A DNA stretch of 64,000 bases from Phoronis australis (lineage: Eukaryota; Animalia; Phoronida): assembly GCA_002633005.1 (NCBI GenBank), contig NMRA01000503.1:1-64000 (forward strand), in the 5' to 3' direction. The notes beneath the pieces were generated by a model, which saw only the letters and a program-made list of their open reading frames with translations, was not told where the DNA came from and ran no database searches. Within the stretch, counting starts at the first letter, position 1. The number at the start of each line of letters is the position of its first letter. The position numbers and the translations under genes are program-made. Positions 40,301-53,937 of the stretch are shown piece after piece.

Positions 40301-43298
40301 TTTTAGAGTAAGCAACACAATATCAATATCACTCTGTACTAATATGTAACGCAGGTTTTGAATTCATACGTGAGCACCAACTACAGACCTTCCAAAAGTA
40401 AACACCATGGAGAACTGGCATAGGATATGAAACGATTTATTCCATGGAGGAATTTAAATTTTTAGTGAGTAGCATAGTGCAGAACAAGTCAGTTATTCAA
40501 AAAATTCGATGATTGTCCAAAATGGGATATATTAAATAACAAGATCACTACTTTTGTCCCTATGTGCCACTGACTCAGTTCCCAAATAATTTTTCTTTCC
40601 AAGGAGTTTAAATTTTCCTAAGTTGGCAAAAAGTCACCATATAACTACTAATATAAAGCACCAATGGAATGATATAAACTCTCATAAATTAAAACACATA
40701 AATATTATTGAATGTATTGAAGCTTGCTGTGAGTATTCAATTAGTATACAATACAAGGGAAAAACAACCGTTTTTATGTTACTTTTGAGAAAATATCAAT
40801 TGCAAGTTAGCTAAGAGACATTTTTCAGCATTAGTTGCTGTTCTGCGGGCATCTGTGCAACAATAGAGAGTGACGATACATCCCAGCAAAATGCCCAAAT
40901 CTTGGTTTTGTGTTGGCTTAAATCAAGCTAACACAAGTGATCTGCACAGACAATCATCAGAAGTGAGTAGGACACTATTTTCTCAATAGAAGTGAACGTA
41001 GAACCAAAACGTGGGGCTTTTACTGAGCTGTTAACACCACGTTCTATTGCTGCATGGATATTAAATACACCACAGCAAAACAGTAAATAATGCTGAAAAT
41101 GTCTCTAAGATAACCAGGGATGTGTACTTTTAGTAAAGGTAGCCTAAAAATGATTGCTTTCCCCTTTAAATCATAATAATTACATTAAGCTCTTCACATT
41201 TAAACTGAAAAACTTCAGATTATCAACTAGATCACAAGACCACAGACTTATTAGTTTGATTAGTAACTCATATACCATTCCTAATTTACTTCTACCTAGA
41301 CCAACAGATGTCAGTGACTCGTCTTACCCTGTTCTACTTGTTACTGATTTTTAGTCATCGTTAGCCTTGTTACTTAACCAAGTCTACTTAACAGCTGCTC
41401 ACTCGAAAATGGTGGATGTAATTAAATTCACCAATGCTGAAATGTGTGGAAACGGAAAGGCTTATCATTGTTTTGAATTTGTATGCTATTTTTATCTTTC
41501 CATCTGTACGTCACCTCTCTCCAAAAGAGAGCACTAGCACATTATACAAGTACATGATTAACTACACATTCTGGGACTTCCTTTCAAAAGTGCCCAGACA
41601 ATAGTCAATGAGCGTAGCTTGCCTTTTTGCAACAGAACATATTACAGATGGTACATGAAATGGCCTGTGCAATTAATTATGGGAAGATGAGACACCATTG
41701 AAATTACAGAGGTGTTAAGGTGACATTACATTGAAAACTGTCATTTAAATGCAGTGCTTTCAGCTGAAGTGTACCAGTTAGTTCCAGTTAGCCAGGAACA
41801 GCACACACTAACAGTAATGGTATAAGATGATTTGGATTCCACATCATGACGAATGAGGGCCATTGGAATTCCGCATCATCCCAGCTGACCACTCACGAAA
41901 CTCCCCATCATGACAGTTGAGAGTTGGTGGAGTTGTCTAATGATGGTTGACCCCCAGCAGAATTCCCTCGTCATGGTAACGGAGAGCACACTATAATTTC
42001 CCCGGTGTCCTCCATCACCAGGAATGACAAGGAAATAACCGGAAAGTTAACCAGATGAAAATGCTACTCATAAAAGTTGGAATTTTACCAAAATCACAAG
42101 TCATGACCCATCATTTTGCTTTAAATGAAATAAGCCGTCACATAATGGAAACATAATTTTATCTGACTGCTTTTCCAATATGAGAAACCAAACTAAAAGT
42201 GAAAGAGACCCATGTTGCTTACAAATTTGAAGTGACACCTTCCCGTAATTCATCTGTGCACAAAAATGTGTATCAAAACGACTCGGAGATCACTAAAAAT
42301 GACAGTAGCAAGTTTTGGCTTAGAACCACTGCAGATCGAGAGCTGTGAGCTCAACTATCTGCTTCGAGTGAACGATGGCTGAGTTCAGCTCATGTCCAGA
42401 GAGAACAACTGAACAAACTACCTGCTAGTTCATTCGAGTATTGTCGTATTTCCACACCTTGATGCAAACTATCAACTCAGCTACAGTTCCCTTTAGGCAG
42501 TCAGCTATGCCCGTAGCTCTCCAACTGCGCTGGCCCTAACCCTTGCTAGTTAAAATGCAACTTTAAAGAAATGTCTGTATAAATGCAAAACTTTCTTGAG
42601 TTAACAACCATCCAGTAACAATGATCTTAAATCTTTTCTCAGAGAATTAAAGGGACATTTCCGCTTTTCTCATGATTCCCATCCACAAACAAACCAAAAT
42701 CCCATCAATTTCGACAGATCCGGCTTTATATCAATCGAAGATAATCACTCATTTCATTTTGACAGATAGTATATAAAACTGCCATCATGGCAAAGTTTTG
42801 ATAGAGGTGGTTAGAGCTAATCCGTTTACTTTATAACACCTGAGTTTATAGGCAGGAAATGCTGCTTTAATTAAAAGGACAATAAACCACGCCTTCTGTC
42901 AAAAAACAATTTTTGATTTATTTCACGTACTGTATACATTCAGTTTCCTTACTCAGATTAGAAATGACTTTTTGGCTTGAGAAGAACTGGCCTGTCATTT
43001 ACTTCAGACTGGGCCCATTAAATTGCTTGTAACAGTGGATGGGTCACTGTCACCAAGGCAGTATGGCCATCAGGGGAATTCTGGGTAATTTATTCTAACC
43101 AATTTCTATTTAGAAGAAAGACAAAAATGTGACAATGTTGTTTTGGAAGAGCAAATACACGCGTGAAGTGAAAATATCTTTCAAAACACATAATCATGTT
43201 AGTAATTTTTAGTCACACTTAGCCAATAAAGATACGAATGTTTGTATCTTGTTATTATTCTTTACATCCAAGCAGATTGCAACAATACCTCTATCGCA

Positions 43299-46200
43299 TC
43301 AAGCATCAGGGCCGCCATTAATATCAACACCAGAGTCGGCTCTGTGAAGGGCGAAAAAACGTTCACTCACTGGACCAGGAATGCGCGTTGGCTTGCCATG
43401 GTGCTTGTCTTTGCGAGGCGATGCTATTTTAGACAAATACACCGGACTACGCCTATCTTCCCACATAGACGACAAATCAGGCTCTGACCTTCTTCTCCTC
43501 TCTAACTTCACACAGACATCCATGTTACCTTGGCAATGTGCGCATAGATGACTCTGTTTCCTTCCAATGATAGAACCACAGGCATTGCATTCCAATTCCG
43601 CCAAGGAGGTGGAGGAAATTTTGTATCTGGAATTGGACTTATCCACAATGCTGCTTTGTTTCTTATAATCACAATTCCGTGCGCGTTGACAAGACTCATC
43701 GCCACTTTTGATCAGTGTTTTCCTCGTAGTTCGGCCAGGCTTCTGACCTTCTCTTGAGCCACGCCGCGTCAACGTCGACGAATAATACTCAGGGGGTGAC
43801 TTCTGTTTTACCGCCCGGTATGTCATCATCTCAACTATGGCACTCTCACTGCAAGGGATGTCGCTGGCTGTAGAAGAAGTATCCGACCACGAAAATTCCG
43901 TTGACGTCCCATCGCCAACCAGGGCCTGCATCTGTTGCTGGATACTCTGGGATGTTTCTATAATCATTTTATTGAAGTCCCAAGCATTGTCACCTTTTTC
44001 AATCAGTTTATGTTTTCCTTGCCCATCACGACTGAAAACCAGAGATTCATTTTTGACACTGTGCGATCTTTTCACGTGCCTTACTTGTTTGCGTCGAATT
44101 CTTGAATTCCAAAGAGGACTGTCGGCTTCACTGTCGGACATAGCCGCACTACCTGTAGTCCAAGAACGTTGATGTCCTACTCCGCTGCGTCTCTGCGAAT
44201 CTGTAAGGTTTTGAACAGGAATCTGACTACTTGTTTTACCTCTTTCCATACCAGACACCGGTGTTACTCTGGAGTGACTTAAATTCTTTTTGTCGGACGC
44301 ATTTAATCTTGGCAAACTGCCACTAAGGTTTTTTCTAACAGTTCCACGGTCTCCACTTTTCACTCTAGTGGCAGACATACTCCGTACATTCTTCAGTTTT
44401 TCTTGCAGGCACAGACTAGCTTTGCGTGGAATTTTCTGTGCTGATGGCCTCTCAACAGTCTTGCTTGGGGAAATGTTTGAAGTCCTTTGGGAGATTTGCC
44501 TGTAAAATACACATTACAACTTGAACCATGTGCAATTTCCTTACAGCACAAAGTGGCTATAGTTAAAAAAACCAAAGTGAAGCAAGACAAATTTATAAAG
44601 ATTGTCAAAAGCAAATGCAGCATTCTTTCTCATTTGCTTTTCATCGCAACTCTCAATAGGGAACATTCGACATTGTGAGAGCACAGACCTCTTTCCTTTG
44701 ACCTAATTTCTAACTCTATTGTGCAAGATGGGCCAAGGAAACAGAGAAGAAACGTAATTAATTCAGAAACACTTTACGACATTCGATATTTTCATGTGAA
44801 TTGTTTGATAATCCCACTGCACAATGGTGGCAAACTTTATGGCAAGACAGCTCTGAAATCTCACAGCATTAAATCTCCATACAAAAGGGCAGACTACAGG
44901 GTGTGTTCTCATACTTACATTTGATCCAGCAGAAGAGCAGGTGCACTCAGCCGTCGGACTCGCTCACCATTACCAAAACCGTGACCTAAAATAACGACCA
45001 TGACTGATTTTCTCTCTCGGTAATAGTCACTTACAGTGGTCTCCACATTTTACGAACCATTTTTCTCTTCTGAATAACAAGCATCAAAATGGGTCTCAAA
45101 ATACGCGACCTCTGTGACTGAATACTGCCCCTCTTCCAATTAAGGTTCTGTCAAGAAGACTTTCTATGCAACTATACTAGTATGATGTTCACAGAAAGCA
45201 GATTTCTTTATAAAGGATTTATAATACCAATACATGCTGTTTTATCTTATTTTAATCTGGCAACAAACTCTCGCTCTGCCAAATAAGAGCAGTTACTGCA
45301 GCTACAAAATTGGTCCATTTGACTAATCAACAACTTGAGGCCAATTTCATAATTAGAATAAGTAGTAAATCAAAAACTGATTGTTGAAGATGGGTTTTTA
45401 ACCACTTTAAGTATTGCACACATGCCTCAATCAGTCATTGTAAACATGTGCCAACTTGCTTCTCTGGTTTCAAATTGAACAGCAAACAACTTACAAAACC
45501 TACATCAAATCTTTTGAAAACAAAGGCGTACAACCTACTTTACAACAAGCAGTGACCCCGTCTCTCATTTCTGAATGCATAACAGATCATTTACTAATAC
45601 AGAACATTTAAAAGATATTGGACTTGGCTGATAGCAACCCCTAGAATTCCCAGGTTAAGGAAGCTGCATATAATTTATCAAAACAAACTGTATACTATCT
45701 CAACTTAACTATTGATCTTCCCAACCTATGCAAATAACCACTAGTCAATGATAAGTTGCCAACTATAAATTATAAATGTGGTATACTGCAGTGAAATTAC
45801 AAGCACTAAATTTCAAATCCCTCATAAGCAGAAGGTACAACTGCATATACACATAGAGAGTCCAGATGCCTTAATAACTGCCTCCCCCACCCCGAGTTAT
45901 TTTTTGTCTTCGAAGCTCTTAACCATCCCTACTAGACTTATGCTGTTCACTAATCAAACTTGTAGTAAATAAAATCCTATTAACAAATTTGTAATACACT
46001 TTAATTCATTTTAAGTATCATCTCACGAATATACAAAATGAAGTTTTTTTTTCTTGTTGCTCGATACTACCCAAAATAATAATTACGAACAAGGTTACGG
46101 GAATACCCAACCACAAAAAATGTGTCTCAACAAGTCCATAATTATAATGAAAGTGACTCCAAACACGAACATATCATTTGGCGCATTGGAAAGTAAAAAA

Positions 46201-49200
46201 TTGTCAAAAGGTTGTAATTTTGACAGATGTTGGCAAACCCTTTCCATTTTAAGCCCGATCATGTCAATCGCAGCAGATATTTTAGTTCCATTTGATGGCA
46301 GAAACGAACTGATACAATGGCTATGGAACTTTATAAAAGTATTTCCTCAATGTGTTTTGTTGTATTTGATTACATATATTTATTTTTAGTTAAACTTCCA
46401 CCCATTTCTAATAGGGCCCACTCAGTCAGAAATACTATGGTAACCTCAACTTAAAATACAAAGCAGATAAGTGCAACTACATAAGAGCACTAAAATAACT
46501 AAAGGGATATACACAATAACATAAATCAATAATTAAAATTAAAGTTAAAAAGAAGATCATAGCAAATACTCATGGATATTATAATGAATACCTAGTTTCA
46601 CAATTCCTATGTTTATACTGCAGGGAGGAAATGCCTCATCAATTCAGGTTTCAAATATTGTGACATTCATGACTAAAGTAATAGACCCCTCATTTCACTT
46701 TGTGTACAGCTGTGGTGTTAAGACTATCTGTATTCATTAAGATTATGTACGACCTTACCAACAAGTCTATGTGTTAAGCCGAATACCTACAAAATTACAG
46801 AAACCTACAAAAAGTACAAAAGCCTCTAGAATTTGGTTTTGATGAATCTGCATTAACTGGATACTGCAACTATGTCTTTTTGTACAATTATTCAAAAAAG
46901 AAAGGTACATTCACACAAAAACAGTGGAAACAACATCATGACCAAATTTCATTTGATACAAATACCCAAGATAGAATCTCAAAAATGCCATGTTACAGTT
47001 TTCGAAATAATTTTTTGTTTTTGTTTTTGTTTTAAGCAATTTCTGATTTGTTTCATGAAAATCTTAAGTCTTATTGTTGATTGCCCCTCATTCAAAAGTG
47101 AAACATTTTAAACACAATTTCAAACAGAATTTTTGAGAACAGTGGATAAAACATAGAAACTGAAAGTTTAAATACGCATCCAATCAGCCATTTCTGAGTT
47201 ACAGTGGCAAGAAGTCGGCCAAATTTGGACATTTTCTGGGTTCTTATGTACGATGAGTGCTCTCACCTTTACTCTTACACCGACATGGGTCGTGTTTATT
47301 GAGATAATTCTCAAGAGTGTTCCACCCTCCTCCCACACGAACCATCACATGACTGCGAAGCACCTGGAAAAGGTACCAACAATAAGTATTTCTCATTGTT
47401 ATGTAAAATATCACTAATTAAGACAAAAATGAAAGCGCTCTGAGGAGCGAAACTTGGCGAAATTAACCAAAAAGATGACGATAAAGATGATGACGAAGAT
47501 GACGAATATGACGATGATGGTGGCGAGGATGAACAAAAGAAGTAACAATAACATACACATGACGAACGTAGAAGTCCGAAATCAGTAAGAAAAAGGCTAT
47601 AGTCTAGTGCAACACTTGGCGAAATTAACGGAAAAGACAACGACGGAGATGATGACGAAGATGATGACGATGATGACGAATATGATGATGGTGGTGGNNN
47701 NNNNNNNNNNNNNNNNNNNNNNNNNNNNNNNNNNNNNNNNNNNNNNNNNNNNNNNNNNNNNNNNNNNNNNNNNNNNNNNNNNNNNNNNNNNNNNNNNNNN
47801 NNNNNNNNNNNNNNNNNNNNNNNNNNNNNNNTGTGTAAATTTCATGATGATCGGACGAAAATTGCGACCTGTATCGTGCGAACAAACAAAAAAAAAAAAC
47901 AAACATAGTGTCAGAGCAATATACTTGGCGAAATTTATTTCGCCAAGTAAAAACTTAGTGGAAGAGCAACATACTTGGCGAAATTTATTTCGCCAAGTAA
48001 TAAATGCCAAAATTGGTCTTTTTCAATTTCCAAAGGCTTCTAACATAGTTATTATGAATGCACACAATTTCTCAGAATCATTGTTACCTAAGAAAAAATA
48101 AATTTTACTTGTCGGCCATATTGCGTCCCAAATTGGTGAGACTTTACCGCAGGCACCAACATACATTGAAGTCAACAAACACTGCATTCCCAGAGTACAG
48201 TAGAATTCTAACGTACCCACTGTCTCACATTGAAGTCAACAAACACTGCATTCCTAGAGCACACTATGATTCTACTGTACGCACTGTCTCACATTGAAGT
48301 CACGAAACACTGCATTCCCAGAGTACAGTAAAATCTCACCAATTTAGACACAATATGACGAACAAGCGAAATTCCATTTTTTAATTTTTTTTATAAAACT
48401 TAAAAAGCACAGGATAAAATCAATGCTTTCATTATCAACTTCAATCAACTATTATTTTTTGAGAAACTGAGGATATTCACAACAGTGATAGAGGCTGCTG
48501 AAAAAATGAAAAGAGGTAAATTTTGACAATTATTTTTGTTAAAAATTGGTGAGATTTTACCAAAAGATAACCTATGATAATGGTGGTTCCCAAAATTGTT
48601 GTAAATGAAGAAAACTTTGTCAAATGCCATTTTTGACATCAACACAGTAAAATCCAAGTTAATAAATAAACTCAAATTTTCTCAAGCTTTTATTTTGTTG
48701 ATAAATGTGACAAAAACAAAACAATATTCACCACAGTGTGTGCTAAATAAATGAAGAAAAAGCAGTATGTATTGAGATGTCTCTCTGCCATCCCAGTATG
48801 TGACTCATCTGATCACATGTCACTTTTTGTACACACTTTTCAATGAAGGGCGAGGGAGTTACAGTTTATACGTTACATGATTTAAAGTGTTAAACGCTTT
48901 CCAAGCTGGCATTTCAACTTTTTCACCGACTTTCCATCTCGCAGCTTGCCACAATTTTACTGACACCTTTTCTTTTCATATGTCGATGTTTTACAACACA
49001 TTACATGTGTTTTACATGCTAAACTCTACGGAGTATAAATTACATGGCTACATGCTAAAAACTGTGTCAATCATCCAAATGGGAACTCCACCTCCACTAC
49101 TTGCAATTACATACTTTCCGTGACACACTGTGTCATTGCAGAACGGTGTCATTGCCATAGACGTCACCAAACAATGAGCGTGTCACATTAAAATCTCACC

Positions 49201-52200
49201 AATTTAAGACACAGTACGGCTAATAAGTGAAATACTATTTTCTCATTTTTGTTTATGAAAGACATGTAAGACGAAAGTGAACGTGTTTACATGTTCATGG
49301 TCTGCACCATAGCTACTACCAGACAATGTTTTGAAAAATTGTGGACATTCACAGCAATGTCAGAAGCTCTTAAGAAAACAGGGCAATTTTGGCAATTATT
49401 TTTGTCAGAGATTGGTGAAATTTTATGATAACTAGAGAGGGTTTTCGTGCAGTGTTGTAGTTGGCCACACGGAATTAATATATGGTTGAGATTATGATCG
49501 CTTGGTCAAGCTTAAAAGTATGCCACCGTATATGATATTATTCTCTAAGCTTAAATTTCCTAGCTTCATTACTAACCTATGATTGGTTAGCTTGAAAAGT
49601 CACCTTTTTCAAAATTAAATTCCAAGCTTGGAAACCTTGCCTCTTGGTAATCATTGCTGTGCAAGTCTCAATAACATTGCTGTCAGTACAATTCAAGCGG
49701 ACTATCTAAGCGAATTTCATCACCGAGAAAAATTCATTTTCTTACTGACTAGTAATCTGCACGTGACAACGTAGCTCGTGTAGTACATTCAAGTGGGCAA
49801 AAAATGTGTGCAACATTACTGGTAAGGTTACCCCAGCTTATTACCTTACTAAGGAATCTTGAAAAGGTAGGCCCAAATGGTTGAGTAATATTATCCAAGC
49901 TTGTCTATCATTATCCAATCTTGTATAACATTGTCCAAGATTAAATAAGGGTGCATACCTTTTAGCTTAAGGACTACTCATTATTCAACTTTGAGGAATA
50001 TAATGTCATACTTGAATACTCAACTCACTGAACTGTTTGTTATGACCAGGTAATTTACTGAACACAACGATGAACTCGGAAATTCCAGCCTTACCAGTCA
50101 TTCATCGATCAGCAAGTACTAACTGGTCATGCATACATTGAATACAAGGTGTGGTGAAATGTCAACACTTTTTAACAAAAATAACAAAAGCCAAATTTGG
50201 ATTTTTTTCCTTTTTCCATCAAACGTCTAGCATTGTTGAGAGTCCCCATAATCTCTTGAAACATTGTCTAATGGAAGCCATGGTACAGAGCTTGAACATG
50301 GAAAAACACTCATTTGATACTACCACTAAATTAGTTAGTTTGAACAGTTTCTTCTAAAATTTGGGACACAAAATTCAGGCCGAAATTGAATTTCTTGATT
50401 CTGAAGATTGGGACATGGGCAGCTTTGGAGTGCGCCACTTTTCAAATATCGGACACTGCGTTTTGTATCAATAATATCTGAAAATAGGCTTGGCAGTTTA
50501 TAAAATCGTTGAAAACACCACCAAGCACCAACGCAACATTTTCGTGCGTCCGCATAGTGTGAAACATGCAAGTCAATGATTGTTAGTCATAAACTGTTAT
50601 CCTTAAATTTGGGACGCCCAATATTGCATAATACTAAAATTTGGTACAAGCTCCAACTTTGAGCAAAATCGAACATAAGTTTTTCACTATACCAAACAGG
50701 AGAATTTTTACATAACCCTACTTATCTTTTACGACAAAATTTCACTTGTCCGCTGTATTGTGTACTAAACTGCTGAGTTATTGCAACGAAAGAATTTACC
50801 ATAAGTATAAGAACTTACCCTTACAAAGACGGTAGTCATAGAATCGCCTATCTGGTACTTGCCTTCAGCGAGCCTCACCACGTGAATCTGCGTCGGACAG
50901 GTACACATCGACACTAACTCCCTCACCTGTAAAAAAATTTTGATCAATCCAGGAAATGTGAACATAAGTTGAGTTTAATAACGTCTTCCTGGCATGTTCA
51001 TTCACTTATTTGCTGATATTCAGAGCACATTTTGATAAGGCATTTCAATTACAACAAACAATAGTAATATGTCTTTTACAAGTACATCTCTGATTTCCAA
51101 TCTGATTTATAGTCTTCTAAGAAACCACACGTAAACACAGCGGGCCTCACCAACTGATACTATACAGAACCAATAGGGGACTTTTCATATTGGTGCTCTC
51201 TAGCACTACATAGTGGTTCATATATATAAAAGCGGAGACGGCCAGTCTTTCACAATGTTTGGTTATTTGAAGTTCACTAATTTATGTTAGCTTCTTGACA
51301 CCCGCTGGGATCGAAAGGCTCCCACTTAATCAGTGACAACCACTGACTTTGTCGCCCATACATCTTAGCAATGGGAAACATATGAACAGGACGTTCTTGC
51401 TCATCAATTGATGGTTTCGCCTTTTTGTGTAAAACATTGATACATCCTACCGCACAGCAGTGGAAATTTGCTGGCATTATAATAGCAGGTAAGGTGCTAA
51501 AACACTGTTTATACCATGAGGTTGAAACTTAACGTCTGCATTACATGGAATCTGTAGGTGGCACTGAACGCTTGTCCTGACCAAAGACCTGATCCACGTC
51601 TGGCAGGTTAGTGAATTTCAATATGGCGTGACTATTTCAAAAGTCAGCTATTATGGTAATCTCTCAATTTCACACAAAACAAATTGCTAAAATTAAAATT
51701 TTCCGTTTTCAAATTCAAAGGCTGATTTCATTTCCTAAAGCTGAGCTTTTGAAACCTGTTCAGGGCAAATCATGCTAATGATGACTGTTAAAGTTTTTCT
51801 CAAATTTCATTTTTGTTAAGAATTTTTACAAAATAAAATTCTACATGTCCCTTATAATGTTTGCTAAATTGAAGAGCGTTACTGTAGATTAGATTTTCAA
51901 CAAAGCCACTACCAGTCAGCAGTCCTTCTAAAAGGGAAAAGATTACGACTAACTGTCAAAACCTTCATTTGCAGCATTACTAATAAGTCCTTTCTATGTA
52001 TTGTGGTCGAAAAGCAATGAACTTTAGGGTGCAAATATCTTGTAAATCAACATGCAAAACGTGACTGTGATTTCTGATCATTGAAAACTGTACACAGCAT
52101 GAGTAATAAGTCTCTTAGGAATCAGTGGTTCATCAATCCTTTCATTGGGAGTGTTAAACAAACACAGCAAGAGATTCATATGCAGACAGTGTAAAAATAC

Positions 52201-53937
52201 CACAGCTAGATTTGAATACTACATAGACAGAGAGAAGGAATCCTGCAGATGCTATCTTATGTCATTCATATGTGAATTTTTATAAACAGGAAGACAGGAA
52301 TCTGAAAGCATATGAGGACTGATCAGAGGCTCGATAGGACTATTCACAAAAGTATCCTATCAGTTCTCTGACATTCTTATCTAAGTGCCACTGCTTGACT
52401 TAACATTTTGCATTGAGATGTACCCACATGCACCAGCAACTTTCTATGGTCTCAAATATACTGTGAGCAGTGCCGGGAAGAATCTCAAACAAAGCCTAAA
52501 CATGAATTACATGATTGGTTTGTATATAGCTTTCACTTGTAAGATAAGAGGGAATCTGAGGGCAGATTATCAGAAGCCTGATCAGACATTCTTGGAGCAC
52601 TTATGAGAGAAATTTTTACTAATGGCAGATCAACAGTGAATCAACCTTCTGATCAGATACTGAGCGACCGCTGTATTTCTGTAATCATGAACAAACAGAA
52701 TCTCACATATCCTGCGTTGGACCTAAATGCAAGATTCTAACCTAAAATATCTCTGAAATTCAAAGATCCAGGAACTTGCACTTTATGTAATGAACTTCCT
52801 TTTGAACATTTTTCACACATCAAGGTCAAATGTAACAAGGCACATTTGTCAAGTGCCTCTATTGTTTTCATTTCAGCCATAAACATAGAGGGTGACATAG
52901 TACACTATGTTTCCTGTCATTTTTCTAGGATTCAGCATTTCAGAAGTTTAATCTCAACAAAGCAACTAAATCCAATAGAAGACATATTGGATTGCAAAAT
53001 ATATACTCTGGTATACATGATTACCAATCAACAAGACAGAAAATATAGAAAATGGAAATAACAGCCATCAATGAAATTTATTATCTTGAAAAGAAAAAAT
53101 ACCCAATTGAATGCAAATTTTAAAGGCACTACATATAAACTGACAGTTAGAAAACTGCCAGAAAAACAATACAATTTTGCCTCAAATGAAAAATTGAAAT
53201 TTTTTACCCGCTAAGCACAATATCAAATCACTCACCAAGTCATCCAAAGACCTAAGATCAGTGGTTATTCTCTGCACAGGCGGTTTGACAGGTTCCTTAC
53301 TTCTCGGCTCATCACATAAACGTTGTGGCTTTCCCTCTTTTTGCATCTGGCGAGTTTCCTGCTCTCGTTCGATTTCCTGTTCAATCTCTTGTTCAAACTG
53401 AATGATCAATGGGGCCAGCATACCGTACTTGGCACCAATCCTGGCAACTTCTAACAAACAGAGCACTACACTCTTCGGATTCTTCCTCAGCACCAGATCA
53501 TCTGTCTCAAACAATAGCACGTCCATGATACCAAGCGTCCGACACCAAGCAAGAAAGTTGGCCACGTTATCACGGGCACCCCAAGATTCCGACTTCACTC
53601 CATTGCGGAACTGAACAAGCTTGCTATGACATCTTGGATCGAAATCGGCGCCGTCATTGCCAACTAATATCCAGTTCTGCTTGTCAATCATCTTCTGCAC
53701 ATTGTTTGCATGCTGGCACATCAAGACGCCCGTCTCCAGCTGTTCAAAAAACGTTTCGACTGTAATGTCGGTTTCATAGAGGGTATTGAACCATTCTGCA
53801 AGATCTTCTTTCATAGCATATAAATATTCATCCTGGGTCTTATAGGGCCGCAAGGGCTTAGGCTCCAGCACGAGCAGACCACTTTTGCTTGACACAGCCT
53901 CAGCCGTACCCTCTTGTAAGGTTTCATAGTGTTCCAT
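43299..53937 (-). CDS. GAS2L1: GAS2-like protein (GAS2L1/2, Pigs-like): CH domain + GAR domain + basic Ser/Arg-rich tail (5 coding exons, 724 aa)
   Basis: Minus-strand exons: 53937-53236, 50926-50819, 47363-47267, 44985-44919, 44499-43299; all GT-AG and phase-consistent (2175 nt). The ATG is in gcaaccATGg context with an upstream in-frame stop. CH: [12 protein letters not shown]...[13 protein letters not shown]...[26 protein letters not shown]: CTCPTQ...[41 protein letters not shown]. The tail has SQIP and TRIP (SxIP-type EB-binding motifs). The paralog number is nominal for an invertebrate. Confidence 0.92.
47419..48000. mobile_element. HINE/DINE-like element with (GAT/GAC)n tracts and duplicated terminal hairpin; spans an assembly gap
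   Basis: acttggcgaaatt at ~47452 and ~47613; perfect hairpins acttggcgaaa-ttta-tttcgccaagt at ~47923 and ~47973; an aaatttcatgatgatcgg block and an (aaac)n tract. Confidence 0.65.
47698..47831. other. Assembly gap (N run)
   Basis: N characters in the sequence. Confidence 0.99.
48163..48329. repeat. ~64-bp minisatellite, ~2.6 copies
   Basis: acattgaagtca.caaacactgcattcc.agag at ~48163, 48227 and 48291. Confidence 0.85.
48326..48562. mobile_element. MITE, TIR cagtaaaatctcaccaattt
   Basis: cagtaaaatctcaccaattt ... aaattggtgagattttac. Related copies at 49187-49428, ~48000-48150 (inverted) and ~24337. Confidence 0.7.
49187..49428. mobile_element. MITE, same family as 48326-48562
   Basis: attaaaatctcaccaatttaagacac ... 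gattggtgaaattttat. Confidence 0.65.
51175..51853 (-). mobile_element. Deleted DNA transposon relic with THAP-domain fragment (ISL2EU/PIF-like, tentative)
   Basis: ORF 51477-51277 [14 protein letters not shown]...VHMFP...[15 protein letters not shown] has THAP C-x4-C, FP, W, P spacing but lacks the final C-x2-H in frame. Ends at|aggggac and gtccctt|at. Confidence 0.6.

Noticed and set aside
47597-48101. ORFs spanning the (GAT)n tract and N run
   Set aside because: They are artefacts of the microsatellite plus the assembly gap.
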